Origin: Ruditapes philippinarum
Taxonomy: Eukaryota
Length of the DNA: 64,000 nucleotides
Reading direction: 5' to 3'
NCBI RefSeq assembly: GCF_026571515.1
Contig: NW_026854124.1
Coordinates: 558,001 to 622,000, forward strand
How positions within the stretch are numbered: position 1 is the stretch's first letter; the number at the start of each line of letters is the position of its first letter. The notes under the pieces were generated by a model. That model was given only the letters and a program-made list of their open reading frames with translations, was not told the DNA's origin and made no database searches. Position numbers and translations under genes: made by a program. Below, one piece after another: positions 14,133 through 27,985 of this stretch.

Positions 14133-17032
14133 TTCTTACTTAAAGGTTGGCCACAGCTTTATATTGACTCTTTCATGCTTTAATCTGTTGTATCATATTT
14201 GACAGCGATAGTGTCATCTCTATGCTCATCGCCGTGTTGCGCTTGTTCTGCATGCTTGAATTTGGGTTATTATTTATCAAAATTGTTTCTATTTTGCCCT
14301 ATTAGTTTTAATTGTCATGTCGAAAAAGTCTTATTAAAGGCGATTTTATTAAACTGAAGCTTATAGTTTTATTTAGTTCGTTAGGCTTTAGCCTTATATA
14401 GGTCATATATAAGAAGAAAATCAACAAAGCTATACAGGTTTATCATGATAGTTACAAGTCTGCTTCTTTAAAATTACGAGTACAAGACATTCTTTAGCCC
14501 ATTTGTGCATCTTTTTTTTGTGTCATTAATCGACGATGTCAACAATCAATTGTATATTGCACCATCTTCACCTTTATGGTGTGTATTAATGAAAAGCTTA
14601 CTAAGTCTTATAGGCAAGACATTTTAAAAATGACTATGATCTATTTTTAATTTTAGATAAAATAATTTGACGTACATTGGAGAAAATGAATTAACCCAAC
14701 CTTTCTTAAGTTGTTGAACAAGGTACATGCCAAAACAGAAAATTGAACATAACTGCGTTTTATTAAAATATTTAAGCTTTGAATAACAGTTCAAGAACGA
14801 AGTTGTTATTTCTGAAACAAGTGTTTATTTCTTTAGGAATCCAAATATCAACCTTAGGTACGTATCAAAAATAACTTAATATCCGTGGTTAACATTTTAT
14901 CTGTATATATGTATACGCAACATGGGGTTTCTGAAACTCAATACGGCCCACATCAATCGTTTTTTTGAATAAAATGTTTTTACATACATTTTATATTGCC
15001 AATCCCTTTAAAAGCGGGCATGGCCTGCTCATTTTTAGGTTTTTAACTGCCAAGTGTTACTCTACACGGGAACTCGATATTATATTAACTGTAATAGAGC
15101 TATTTGTCTTCCTAGTTCTTTCGTCGTTCAACAATAATGTACAAAAATAGACTCGCAGACGTGAAACAACTACATTTACACGTGCCACCAATACTATCTA
15201 TACTTTTAATGTTGGAATAACGTCGATTAATACAAATGTGAGTAAATAATATTTATTTTATTTGGCTGATTTTAAGTTTTTTAAATCTTTTACTATCAGC
15301 TTAACACGGAACAGTTATTTGAATACCTTCGCTCAGTATTTAAAATATTATTCTTATTAGTATTATAAGATACTCGTATAACTATTGTTTCAGTGGAAAA
15401 ACTTTCTTTTGTTGAATGTATTTTTTTGTTCATTACGTTCAGTAAATACCATTATTTCAAGTATTTATACAGTTGTGCTTACTTGTATAATTTATTTATT
15501 TTAAGTTAATTGAACATTTCATATTACAAAGTTTTGATTTAACCGTAAAATAAAAGTTCTGATCTAAACTAAAATGAAATGTTTAAAAAAGTTTCAAACA
15601 CTTGTTTTTACTGTTTTCTTTTCTTTTTATTTCATGCATTTTGTTTGTTACGTAACGGCGTTAATAAACTTTTCATAATCTCATTTTCGTAAATGTTATG
15701 TATTGCCTAAAACAATCATAGCATAATTTCATCAGTTTATCATATAAAAGAGATTGTAGTAAAATACGGTTTCAAAATGGAACACTTCCTTTGAAATAAT
15801 CTGAAAGTTATGAGAATATTGGGGTTATGTGAAGTAACATGATATGTTATGTTGCAACCAAATTAATATGACGTAAAACATTTAATATCTCGGTAAAACT
15901 TCATTACGATATAATTTCCTAACATTATAAATCGATTTTATGATTTAATTTAGCAAGCGCGTCATTGTATCAAATGTTAAATCATTTTATCTTAATGAAT
16001 TACGCACAATAATTACGTAATATTGCTCTTCGTTTCGTCGATACAGCAAATTCAAGAGACTACTGTTTGTTGACTTTTCGTGTTTTTCTGTAGTTTGTAC
16101 AGCATTGACAAAAATACACACACACAAAAATAGAAAGTAAAAAAAAACTATTGTAGTGTTTTCGTGCAAATTGACGAAATATTAGAAGCACGAACAGACG
16201 ACATGTTAATGTTTGTCGTGCATTTGCCTTTTCGCCTCGAAAACGGCCTGATATCGTACAATATGGAATCAGTCACAATGAATAAATGCCACAAGTTCTA
16301 ACTTCAGAGTACCATCACTGTATGTAATGTTATTCATTATAAGATCAAAAGTGCTGTTATAACCTTACTATAATAGCAAGGCAACTGTAACGTTTTAAAG
16401 GATATAAATTTCATCAGATATTAAACTGTTCAAAATAATCCCCTAATAATATTTAACACAGCTATAAAATGTCAAATATAATATTTACTGCTTTTTTGTG
16501 TGCTTTAGAAATTTCATTTGCGACATATAATGTTTCCATTCATATAAAACTGCTATCAAGAGCCCCATATCCCGAATTCTGAATGAAACGTTCTAAAATT
16601 ACACCGAGTGACTTTAATTGACTTTTTACTACTCTTTTATGACCAATTTTCATAATTTTGCAGCGTTTCATGGCTGTTTTACTACCTAAGCGTTGCAATG
16701 CTCTATTGTTCTGGCTTGTCATTTGTCAGATTGGAACGTTATTTTCGTGGGTTGGTATATAGTATTCCTTTATTTTCAAGTTTTATTAAACGTTTCAGAA
16801 ATAAAAACTTATGAATGAAAAATTATTAAGTAAAATGCAAAAAAGTGATGAAATTGAAAAACGTATATTTATTGATTTGATTTTAACTTTTTATTATTTC
16901 ATAAAACTAACGTCTGTCTCCGGCGAAAATACGCAAAATTTCAATATATCAAATATGAGTGAAATCTTTATAAACATACGCTATATTAACATAGGAAACA
17001 TAACGTTTTGAAAACACAACATTTTATTGACT

Positions 17033-17592
17033 TTAACACTTAACCTGCTAAATTTCATTTCTAGGCTTCTATTTGTGAATTGTACATTATAAAGTCAAGT
17101 CAAGTCATGTCAAAAACTTTTATATCTCTCATTCCATGTACAAACATAGAAACAATGAGGTCAACATGAATAAAAGGTACAATGAGGCTCAAATAACAAT
17201 TATTTAACATAAGATCAGGCTATACTTACAAACAAACAAAACAATCTGACATTAAATACGAGATATGTATATTTTCAAGGACCAAGTATGTGGAGAGCCA
17301 TACTTTGCTGTATGTTTATAAAACATATGTGTAAAAAATTAATACTAGTACCCTAATCAGGAATCAGCTATATCAAAGTGCTTAACATACAGTATTTTGT
17401 ATTACTATTTAGAAATTAATAATACACGTCATAATAATATATTTTTTTAATGCGCAAAAAGAAGATGTTCGTTTTGTATACAGTAGATAGAAATAACACC
17501 TTTTTCTGTTAGTTATCCAACAGTATAGGGCAGTGACTGACTGCATGGGCGTGCAGAGTGCCCTTGCTCTTAACTAATGGCAAAGACTGATC
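17033..17592. mobile_element. Copy of the same MITE family split by a ~400-bp insertion (possible LINE 3' end on the minus strand)
   Basis: Left TIR TTAACACTTAACCTGC matches 42298 at 15/16. Internal MITE motifs resume at about 17510 (AACAGTATAG..GCGTGCAG..TGGCAAAG). The insert begins with (TCAAG)-type tandem units at 17095-17112. Confidence 0.4.
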
Positions 17593-20500
17593 GATTTTTT
17601 GAACCGATTGGAATCAATTTTAAAGTTTAAATTGTCAGTAACATTGTTACATATTACATATATTATGTTTACTATTAAAGTTTACTATCTATATTGCATC
17701 CTGAAAACAATCTACCATTCTTGTCAAACAATTAATGAAAGCTTGTGAGAATTATTAGGATATTGACTTAACATAACATTTACATGTATCATAAACATTT
17801 TCATATGATAATTTGTTTGATGTAAGTAAATTATATATTTAATGACCATACATATTTTTAATATCATAATTCAACTTAATTTCAGTTGTGTAGATTATCA
17901 TTAGATAATGAACAGAGAATTTTCACAAAACATATTTCAATTAATTTAATGCTTGTTGACTATGAACTTTTAAAGTTTTTATCAAATATTAATTGCTGCT
18001 TACAAATTGTCATTTTTTCTTTGAAAAGAGAAATCTTCTTAGAGCAAGGAAAACAAAAACTAAATAAATTGGTAAAAAATGGCAAGTCGGTAAGATAGTC
18101 TTCACGTGAGAAATATTGTAAACTGCTACATCTTCTATGCTCCCTAGCACCGGCTTAAAGAGTATTCGGTTTTCTACTTTAAAACTATCGCAATCATGCC
18201 AGCTCTAAAAAAATGTAGCTGATAACTGGGATTTGTCTCTGTTTGGTGGCCATTTTGCAAAGCCCACGTGAACTTCTCTACAAAAAATTACAGAAAAAAT
18301 AAAATGCAACATAAATTCAAATGAGTAATTTAGAAAATTGCGTGTTCGTGTATTTGTTTATTTATTTATTTATTTATTGAGTTCTTTATAATTGTTGATA
18401 GTAGTTTGTCTGTGTATTGTTTTGTTTTTGTATTTTCTTGTGGTAAAAAACGAAATCTTGAAAAACGAAAAAAATCTAAACTTTCTTTTATAACAGCTGT
18501 GATTTCTATTTTAATATAATATGAAATAAAAACAAACGCATAAAAAAGTAAACTTTGGCACATATTTTATATCGCAATTTATTTTTGGAAAACAGAATCG
18601 TGCAAGTCAAATTTACATGCTAGAACATGATATTGCTAACGACTCATTCCAGATTTTTGCGAAACAAAAATTCAGAACCTTTTCACAGAATATTTACTTC
18701 AATTCAGTTTGAAATAACTAAATAAGAAACTGGTATTATTTTAATTTTTATTAAGATGCTTTTGTCAATACGTCAACACACAAAACAAGAATTATGTATC
18801 TCCGTGTCCATGGGTTAAATGTTAATATATAGACGTATAACTACATGCAGAAATATGATATATTAATAAATGTTTTTGATAAGACTAATAAACTATTTGT
18901 ATAAACCACATGGTCAATAGAGTGACGTCCAACACAAAAACACGTCTTATCACAGCAATAGGGAAGAGATGTTACTCTAGATGTTGTCAATTGAACAAAT
19001 ACATGGCATTCAGATTGAAATTATCGTAGGAAATCATCGATGTAAAGTTCTTGATCCTTTGGAGATGTGTCTGGCACGGTAAATAGAGACAACATGGGCT
19101 ATAAATCATTGGATGCCATGTTGTCTAGAACGCGCTTGTGTCCATACGATCTGCAAATGAAAATAAATTGATTATTTTAGAAGCTTGCAGTGCGCATGAC
19201 AAAAGAATAATTGACGCAGACCGATAAACCTTTATTGAACTGTAGGGTCCACGCAGTTTTGGGAAACCATTGGATCGAAAATAGCATGTACGTTTTAGCT
19301 GGATACGAATATCGACGTCTCGAATCACTGATTTTCTTATTCTATTAAATATTTATATTTATTTTCCATTATTTGAGATCATGGGTCTCCAAAAAAACAA
19401 ACATAGAGTAATTTTAGAATAAAGGACTTAATACGGGCGACTGTAACCTGAAACCACTGTTCTAGAGACTGTAATTGGCTATACGTATAATGTTATGTAT
19501 ATATTTGTAATTTACTGGTAAGCGGTCCTCAAAAGGCAAACAATACTAATATAATTAATATTTGTACAGGTGCTTAGAAAAGCAAGAAATTATTATGCCT
19601 GTGTTGTATAACCACGTATGGGGTCTATGAAGACGTCAAATTCGAAGGCAGCTTTCAACAATTCTGAATAATATTTCTCGCAACTTGTTTAATTGATATT
19701 CAAATTGTTTTGCTGCCTGGGTTTTATTTTAGCATTTAATGCAAAGAAACAACTATTATGATAGAAAATGAAAGTCTAAATAATGTTTTAGAAATAGTCC
19801 ACATGTGATTATTGTAAAGCTTAACTCAAATAAATAACGAATACAGTTGGAAATATTTCCCGACACAATATGTTTATGAACATAAAAAATTATCAGTTTT
19901 GTAAAAACACCGAAACCTAACTGAAGCTTGACAACGGATTCAATTTGTTTGTTCTCAGACATTATTTTGTAATGATTTTAGTTTGTTTTTTTCAACTCGG
20001 AACCCTTTGAACTTTCGTAATGAGTAAAAACATTGCAGTAAATAGGATGCAGATGCAAGAACTGAAGTGAAATAAAAACAACAGAGAATATTTTGTATTG
20101 AATGTTAGTCATTTATATCATTTTGTTCGGCAATATGTATTGTTTTGAATACATAAGTCATCAAACCCTCAACTAGATTCCTTATGTCAACTTTTTTTTG
20201 CTTTCTTGGCTATGTTTTTTCTGTTTTGTTTTTCCTCAATACTTAGTCATTCGTACGAGAAAAGAGATCCGAAATCATGCCCAATTATCCATATTGATCG
20301 ATTCAGAAATTCTAGAGGACCAAAGAAAAGCAATGCAATCCTTTCGACTTCTTACTATCGTTCAATGTCACAACAACCTACTTTGCTTCTTAGGTATATT
20401 TTTTACACAGATTGAGTAAATTAGTTTTATTTAAAATACTTTATTTGTTCCGATACGTATTCTTTATTTTGACATTTGCTCGTGACAATTTCTCCGGTGT

Positions 20501-20604
20501 ATAGTACACGCTAGTTTTCACAGCACACCCGCGTTATTCTATACCCATCAATTTAATATGTTCGTGCAATGTTGCTTCAGGTATCTATATAATTCTGTTT
20601 TCAG

Positions 20605-20698
20605 ATTTGAGTGACAGGGCTAGACAGTCGTTCTCCGCTCTTACAGCCCAACGTCGTCGTTTTGACAGGCGAACCTGAGTCCTGAATACCGATAATTC
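20605..20698 (+). other. Candidate non-coding exon
   Basis: Acceptor TTCTGTTTTCAG| at 20604 (alternative TTCTCCGCTCTTACAG| at 20646), donor C|GTGAGT at 20699; locally GC/CpG-rich. Confidence 0.3.
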
Positions 20699-20745
20699 GT
20701 GAGTATTGTCATGTCTTCGTCATCTAGGGGGAAACCTGAATAAAA

Positions 20746-20815
20746 GGCCCTCGACCTGTAAATACAAGCTTATATTAATTCATGAAGCTTCGAGTTCTCG
20801 CAAGAGAGTTCTGCC
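20746..20815 (+). ncRNA. Degenerate miR-993-like (miR-10 family) hairpin, possibly a relic
   Basis: 5' arm CGACCTGTAAATACAAGCTTAT matches 14/22 of the miR-993-5p sequence as I recall it (TACCCTGTAGATCCGGGCTTTT). After a 10-nt loop the 3' arm starts GAAGCTTCG (miR-993-3p starts GAAGCTCG). The position upstream of Hox3 fits; pairing is poor. Confidence 0.3.
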
Positions 20816-23800
20816 CAAAATCGGCTTTTAATTGAGACACGACGAAACCTCTGTAACAAAAAGAAACCTCGCCCGTGAATATTTTAAATCGTATTTTTTA
20901 AAAGAAACATACAATACGAAATTGTTAGTCATACAAAAATGCTTTAATTTATTCAAATCCGTTTGTTAAATAACAACATTCCTTTAGTGCGCATAACAAT
21001 CCGTCACACAAACGGTGTGTAATGTATAAAAAGGATTAAACTGAACAATTCATTTTTAGACTTTTTCCGTTGACACTTTAAGTGTCCGTCCTTAAAAAGG
21101 CGTGTTTCTACAGATTTTACAAAACATGTCGGAACTAAACCCTTGTAAGTTTGACGCAAATCTTAAAGTTTGATTCTTAATATATTAGTTGATATTACCG
21201 TCGAGGGAGGGGGGAAGGTGTAAAAAGTCATTGATCACGTCGTGCCAGATTTGTCTGTTCTTTGTCATATCTGATTTTGAAAATGGGTACCAAAATTAAA
21301 TTTATTGCAAAAAGGCCAGTTGAATTTTGTATAAAGCACTCCGTTTATCAACTGGCTTCAACAATTTTGTAAATATTATCGTCGCCATTGATCGATGCGT
21401 AAGAAAGAATATAGAATCAGTTTTCGCAAGTTTCTGGCTGTATTGGTCAAAATGCAGTAGTGAAATTCTCCCTTCTTTTTCGTATATTCTTTGAATTGCA
21501 TTCTTTCATATAGCCTTAAATTAACTTGACAGAATACAAATTATATGATATTGTTCATTTCTTTGGAATATATCTTCATTGAAAAAAGTCGCGTAAAAAA
21601 CTTCAAATTTCAAATTGATAAAAAATTAATAGGAACTGATCCGTCTAAATAAATACCTTTGCATTTCCATCATTATTGATTATAGGATTATTTTTTTTAT
21701 TAAGAAAAAGAACAACATTTCTATTCCATATTTATATTTAATTTTTTTCCGAAGCATGTATTGTATTGCAGTGAATTATATATTTTTATTTTTCTGTGAT
21801 ATATGAACGAACATTTAATATATTCAAATAAAAATGAAGAAATGTAATTCAGCACTGCTCGAACGGGAAAAACACGATATATTTAAAACATGTATTAAAT
21901 ACTATTATTGTATCGGTTTAAGGTTTTAGACTTTTCCTGAATTTCAGAATGGAAATGTAATATGGAAAAAATGATTGGCAAGAAATCGGGAATTTTCACA
22001 TTTTTCACTTTTCTACTATTGTTTGGCTTAAAATGATTTCCTAAATTTATTGTATCATTTGGTGTTTGATTTTTGTTTCTAACCAGTTTAAGTTGTACAA
22101 AAAAGTACACTATGTTTATTAAAGATATCAAAATTCTACTGTTTTTCCTCCGTAAAACAAGTATTTATTTGTATTTGCAGTCTCCAAAAATACAGTAATA
22201 AAAAAAAATTCTTCGTGTAACATTGTAGTTTTTTAAATCATTTGTGTTTTGTTTTATGATTTTAGATATGTTTGGATATTAATTTTTCGTATCAGTGTCA
22301 ATTAATAATTTAAGCGGAAAATACCAACTATTTGTTGCAATAAAATAATTTAAAAAATATGCAAACATTTAAAATATTGTTGTTTATTTGTTTGACATTT
22401 GTAGATTTAAAAACAAAGTTTAATTTAAAATTAAATATAAATAAAGTAACATTATCAGATGATACGACTTTTTTTCAAAAAAGAAAAAACTACACATTTT
22501 TTTAAGTAAAAGTATTTCTACAATTAAAACACTCATATTATCTTCCATTAATAATTATTGAGGAAACATCATTCAATATTTAAATGATTTTGAAAGGGGG
22601 AAAATTGATGTTTGTCCAATACGGCCCATTAATGAAAATAAGCCCTATGTTAAAGTGTTTTAAGTTATATGTTAGAATATATATATTCTATTGTACTTGT
22701 AAAAAAAGCTTAGAACATATATACTTTCAAATAGGCTTTTATACATGCAACAGAATAACATTATTATTTAAACTACTACTAGTTAAAGGCAGATGAATAT
22801 TTTGTTCCTCGCATCTTGAGATATTTTAGTATACAGTATTATAGTAAAAAAAACAATAACTTTAAGAGCGGTGTTGGGGGGATGTTGGATACTACAATGT
22901 AACGCATATATCATTTACATCATGATGCATTGAAGTTTGTCGTAAATTAATGATGACATTATTTCCAATATGTAAGTAGTGAAGTGAGATCCATCAACAA
23001 TCTTATCTAGCTGTCAAAATAATAATGTAATGATGTTTTGATATTTCTTGTAAAATACATCATCATAATTATTCATCTTATAATGACTTATTGAAGGCGA
23101 CAGTTTATGGGGACATCTGAAATAGTTATTTGTAGGTCGTAGCATACATTTCTTTTTCAAAATGCCAATACGGAACAACATAGTTCCAAGCGTCAGTAAA
23201 TGATGTGACTAGTTTGCTTGATTAGTTTACCAATGTAATGATTATGTTTAATCGTTCTATTCTTGATACTTTCTTGTATAATCAAATGTTTTCTAAAGGT
23301 ATAAATTAAGCCATTTTCTTGTGCTGTACAAACTGAAATCCTTGGACGGAAAATGGAAGAACACAGCAAAAAAAACGTGCATTCACTTTTTACACGTCTC
23401 TGTTTATTCCAATAACACAATTAAAACTTAACTAATTTATTCGCACTTTGTATTCAAATTTTATTTTCATTTCTATTCCATTGAAATTATTCGTTACCTG
23501 ACACTATAAAATATACAGTGAATTTTATATCCAAAATAATATATTCCACGAGTTATCTCATTAAAATTGCGCTTTCCACGTATTTATCAAACATTAAAAC
23601 ACATTATAAGAATATGAAACTCACAGGGTAAAAGCACAGGTTTTATAATTCTTAGATACATATCCTGACTGCCTGAGATCTTAACCTGAAATAAACATCG
23701 TTACTGGTACATACATTAAATGGATGACAGTTATTTTATTAATAGGCTCTGTCCGTCTATGCTTTATAGCGTAATTTATCAAACATTGTTTTCCTATCAG

Positions 23801-25059
23801 GGGAGTTCAGATTTGTACGCTTGTGAACTGAGACAAAAAAGAACGAAATGGAGAACTAACATTAAGAAAGACTCAAAAAGTTTGCAAACTCCTATTGGAA
23901 AAAATGGGAACAAGGGTCATTAATTTCTAATTTTCAGCTATTTCTACTTGTATTTGTATTAGCATTCGTTTTTGATGGATGTTGAGATATTGTTTACCAT
24001 ATGCAGATGAGCTGAGCACAGACCTATCAATCATTAACAACAAAACGACCGTTCACATTTTAAATTTTAAGTTATTCTTGGTCTTTACCTTCAACCCTTT
24101 TTTTTCTTTTGGATGAATTTGCAGCCAAGTTCAATCCGTAGCCAATGTAAAAAATCTACAACGTTTGTATCTCTGTTTGAAAATAAATATTCCGGATAAA
24201 AATAAATTCGCTATCATTTATTTACAATGTTATGATTTAATTGTCTGCGATATAAAAGTTTGTATTTGTCTCAGAAATTTGTTTCATTATTTTTTATATT
24301 TAAATATCATATGTTTAAAATCTTTAATTACCTTTTTGGCAATCATCTTATAATATAAATGATATATATTAATATAAAAATAAATATCAATGTTGTATTT
24401 TTTAAATTAATAACACTTATTTTATATCAAATCTAAAACATGTGCTTTATTACTTGAATTAAAGTATTTGTTGATATGTTTTGCTTTCACTCATTCAATC
24501 ATTCTTTACGCTGTTGACGCTTAAGACGAAACAAAGAATGTATCAGAAGATAGAGTATAAAGGCTTTGTATAGTAATTTACATTTTCATTACAAGATTGT
24601 TTAAATTATGGATAGATCTTTTACTTCAATTATGCTACAATTTCAAATCAAAGGAACTTAATTTCAGAAATTATGCTTTTTGCCAGAAGCTATTAATACA
24701 AAATACCAGACATCAACAAAAATGCCTTTAGTGAAGACTAAAAAGGAATCAACACATATCAACTTTTATAAGCATATATGACGTCATATTAAAAGAGAGA
24801 TTTTCTGTAAGTGATTTTGAAAAATATAATATATTTCTTAAGGCCAAGCATCTTTCTCCCAAGTTATTCGCCAAATGTTACAGTATAAAAAGGCTTAAGT
24901 CATCGCTTCTAGTTTAAAAAAAATCTTCTTTTAATTGGAAACGTTTCTATTTTTAAATACTGACTATTTAAAAGCATAAAAATACTTTTGAAAGCAATAA
25001 CATTTTAGATATTCAAAGAACAAAGTTAAGCATTTCATCTTAAGTCTTTTAAAACTACA

Positions 25060-25277
25060 CGGTAAGAGAGTCTTAAGATCGTTGACTTCAAACCACTTGC
25101 CCCTGACTGCCGTGGATTCAAATCAGTTACCCGTTCGTACCTGAAAGAATGCACGAAGGAGCACCTGATGTTTTCCTCCAGCTGTAAAACTAGAAAGTCG
25201 CCATATGACCTTTACTTTGTCTGGGCAACGTAAAAACCCGACAAATAGATATCAAAACAAAACAAAAAGAAACAAAA
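25060..25277 (+). mobile_element. tRNA-derived SINE, degenerate, probably with an internal deletion
   Basis: tRNA-like head (GTTGACTTCAAACC, B-box-like GGATTCAAATC); core GCACGAAGGAGCACCTG..TTCCTCCA; tail TCGCCATATGACC followed by A/C-rich (CAAAA)n. Tail motif shared with the elements at 13.9 kb and 28.3 kb. Confidence 0.7.
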
Positions 25278-27965
25278 CTAGCATGAAGTAAGAAAGTCAC
25301 TTGTTTTACACCCATCCAGTCTAAATTGTTTAACGTAATGGAATAGAACAATATTCAGTCTTTGGAATTCAAATCACCTAAATAACAATGGGCACTTTTA
25401 GATTCAAGTCAGAACAAGTTAGGTTAATAATTGTACGGCCGTTAGCATCAAGACTTAGCCTTAGCAAGATATAGGAATATTTCTTGTAAAACACTATAAT
25501 ATACTATGAGAAAAGCTTAAATGCTTTGAAATTAGTTTGACTGTGTAATTTAATTTATGTTCCTTCGGGCATGTTACGCAATACTAATGTATTTTATTCG
25601 GACTTTCGATTTCTTGTTCTTCTAAAACACTCCTTTGTTTGATTAATTTCCAACCTTCATAAAGAGGGGGGAAATGTAATACACATGTACTAAGACGTAT
25701 CAGACAATGGTTCATTTGATTAAAAGTGTGTGTTGCTCCTGTTTGGATGAAGGTTACTAACCTGCATATTTACTTAGTTTATTAGCAACACGTCATTATA
25801 TTTCTGTTGTGTGCTGTCCCGAATCATTCCAAGTTCTGTGTTCTGTCACTGTTTAATATATTTAATATATAATGTTTAAGATATTTCTTGCATGACACTT
25901 TTGCCCATAGAGAGTGCAGACTTCATCTTGGCTCTTCTTCTTTTATAGATAGTGTCTTAAATATTCTCCAGTTTTGTACAGTCAATAAATGGTTAAAACT
26001 TGCAAGCATAACATCTTCGCAATCAATTTAAGACCATCGAACATTTCCTCTAAAACGTCTCCAATTTGTAAGTTGATATTGCGACATATTATTGCGGCAC
26101 CGCCATCGTGATTTTAAAATATTCTTTGTGAACACTATCCCTTATTGTTAAATCAACAACTTAAAATTATTTATCAAATAGTAACACCCCGCCTGCTTGC
26201 TTTTGGCTGAATTCACTTAAGTGATTATTCAAGATATATTTTGTTTCATTCTGTAAAGAAATAAATAATATGTTGATACATATCTAAATAGTAAAGGTGC
26301 ATCAAACGCCAATTTGCTTTATGTTTTGAAGGGTTGATATAGATAGGGTATGAGCGATTCTACAGCCGTTGCAAAATCACTTTGACATCACTCCCGAGGG
26401 TAAAGTATTTTCAAACCATGCAATAACATGTAGAAATTCTATTTCGACGTTGCAACGATATTGCTATACAAAGTTTTTGCAATGGGAGTTAGCAAAGACC
26501 TTTGGCTTGTTTTAATTACTTTGATGTAAATCTCTCGTGGATCAATGTGTTGCGCAATAGAAAAGCATAAAGGGCTTGTTATTAGAAAAAGATAAGTTTA
26601 AGATAAATCAGAGAAAAACTTCTTGATTTTCTTTTTCATTTAGATCGTTTGGTGTCTGATGCAAGCCGATTATATACTGTATGTTTGAATGAAACTTGCA
26701 AACATGTTTCCGAAGAAAGCGATAGGTATGAGAAAGTATACGATATTTTATAGAAGAACTTTATTTAACACACTTTAAAAACTTGTATGTTAATTTGTAA
26801 AAGATTTTATTTTAATACAGTACTTTTTTAATTTATACTTATAATCAATCGTAGATCTACGTATACTTTACTGGCCATTTAATGCTTAACATTTTCTGTA
26901 AAAAAAAACAATATAAATTTCGCGAAAAGCCACTTATTTCACAAATTAGAAGAAATGTTAATGGAGTCATAGCCCAATGAAGTTTTAAAGTATTAAAAGC
27001 AAAACTGGCATGAATAGGAAACTCTGTTCATTAAAGAAAGTAAATTTTTGAAACACAGACTCTTCATAAATCAGGCACATGTAGAAGTTTATGAGTCTGT
27101 CAGATTGGTCCAGACGTATAATGTAAATCAAGTAAGACTAATTTCACGAGATTTCACGAGATTCTTAAGTGCGATAATCTGTTATTTGCTCATAAAAAGA
27201 TAAAATTCAAGTGAGCGTGAATTGGCTAGAAATAAAACTTTCGATAAAGACTGATTTATGGGAATGTTTGCAATACAATACATGAATTATTGGCTCATCT
27301 TAAGAAAATGTTAAGAATTTCTAATAAAGTGTTTCTTCTTTATTTGTCATGGCAGAAAATAAAAAGTGATCATGTCACATTTTGTTCTGGGATTTGTTTC
27401 ATTTATTACATTTTAGCATCTTTTAAATTCTGTCATTAAGATATTTGGTTTATTTTTTCAAAAAAGTAGGAAAAAGGATATATTTGAATTAAATCTACAT
27501 AGTAAAATATCGGTGCATCAAAACGTTTCTAACGATATCTTCTAATACAAATAACACATTCAAACCAATATACAAAAATCATAAACTATTAGAATATATC
27601 CTATCGCGGTATCGTTAAATGAATAACGCATTGCATATGATTATTAATAGTTATATATAAAAATGATTTGAAAACTAGCATACTAATTTATATAAAAAAA
27701 GACAAGCTTATGAATATTTGACACCGTGAGGGGTTTTATATGATATATATGTCACTGTCTGTCATGTTTTGTGAAGATTGCTGAAAAACATTGTCAAGTT
27801 TCTCATAGCTAGCAAAATAAAGTGATATTTTGAGAGTTAATGCGTTACAAAGCATGATACAATTTTAAGGGAAAAACGGACAGCACAAATCTTCAAATTG
27901 TGTTTTTAACTTAAGTCAAGCTAGACTTTCTCATTATGTTCCCTTTATCTTATAAGATCTTTATC

Positions 27966-27985
27966 AGCCGGTGCTAGGGGGCGTG
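27966..27985 (-). repeat. Family A terminus, opposite orientation
   Basis: AGCCGGTGCTAGGGGGCGTG. Related termini at 18137-18158, 49619-49633, 50859-50908 and (degenerate, reversed) about 12731. Confidence 0.7.
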
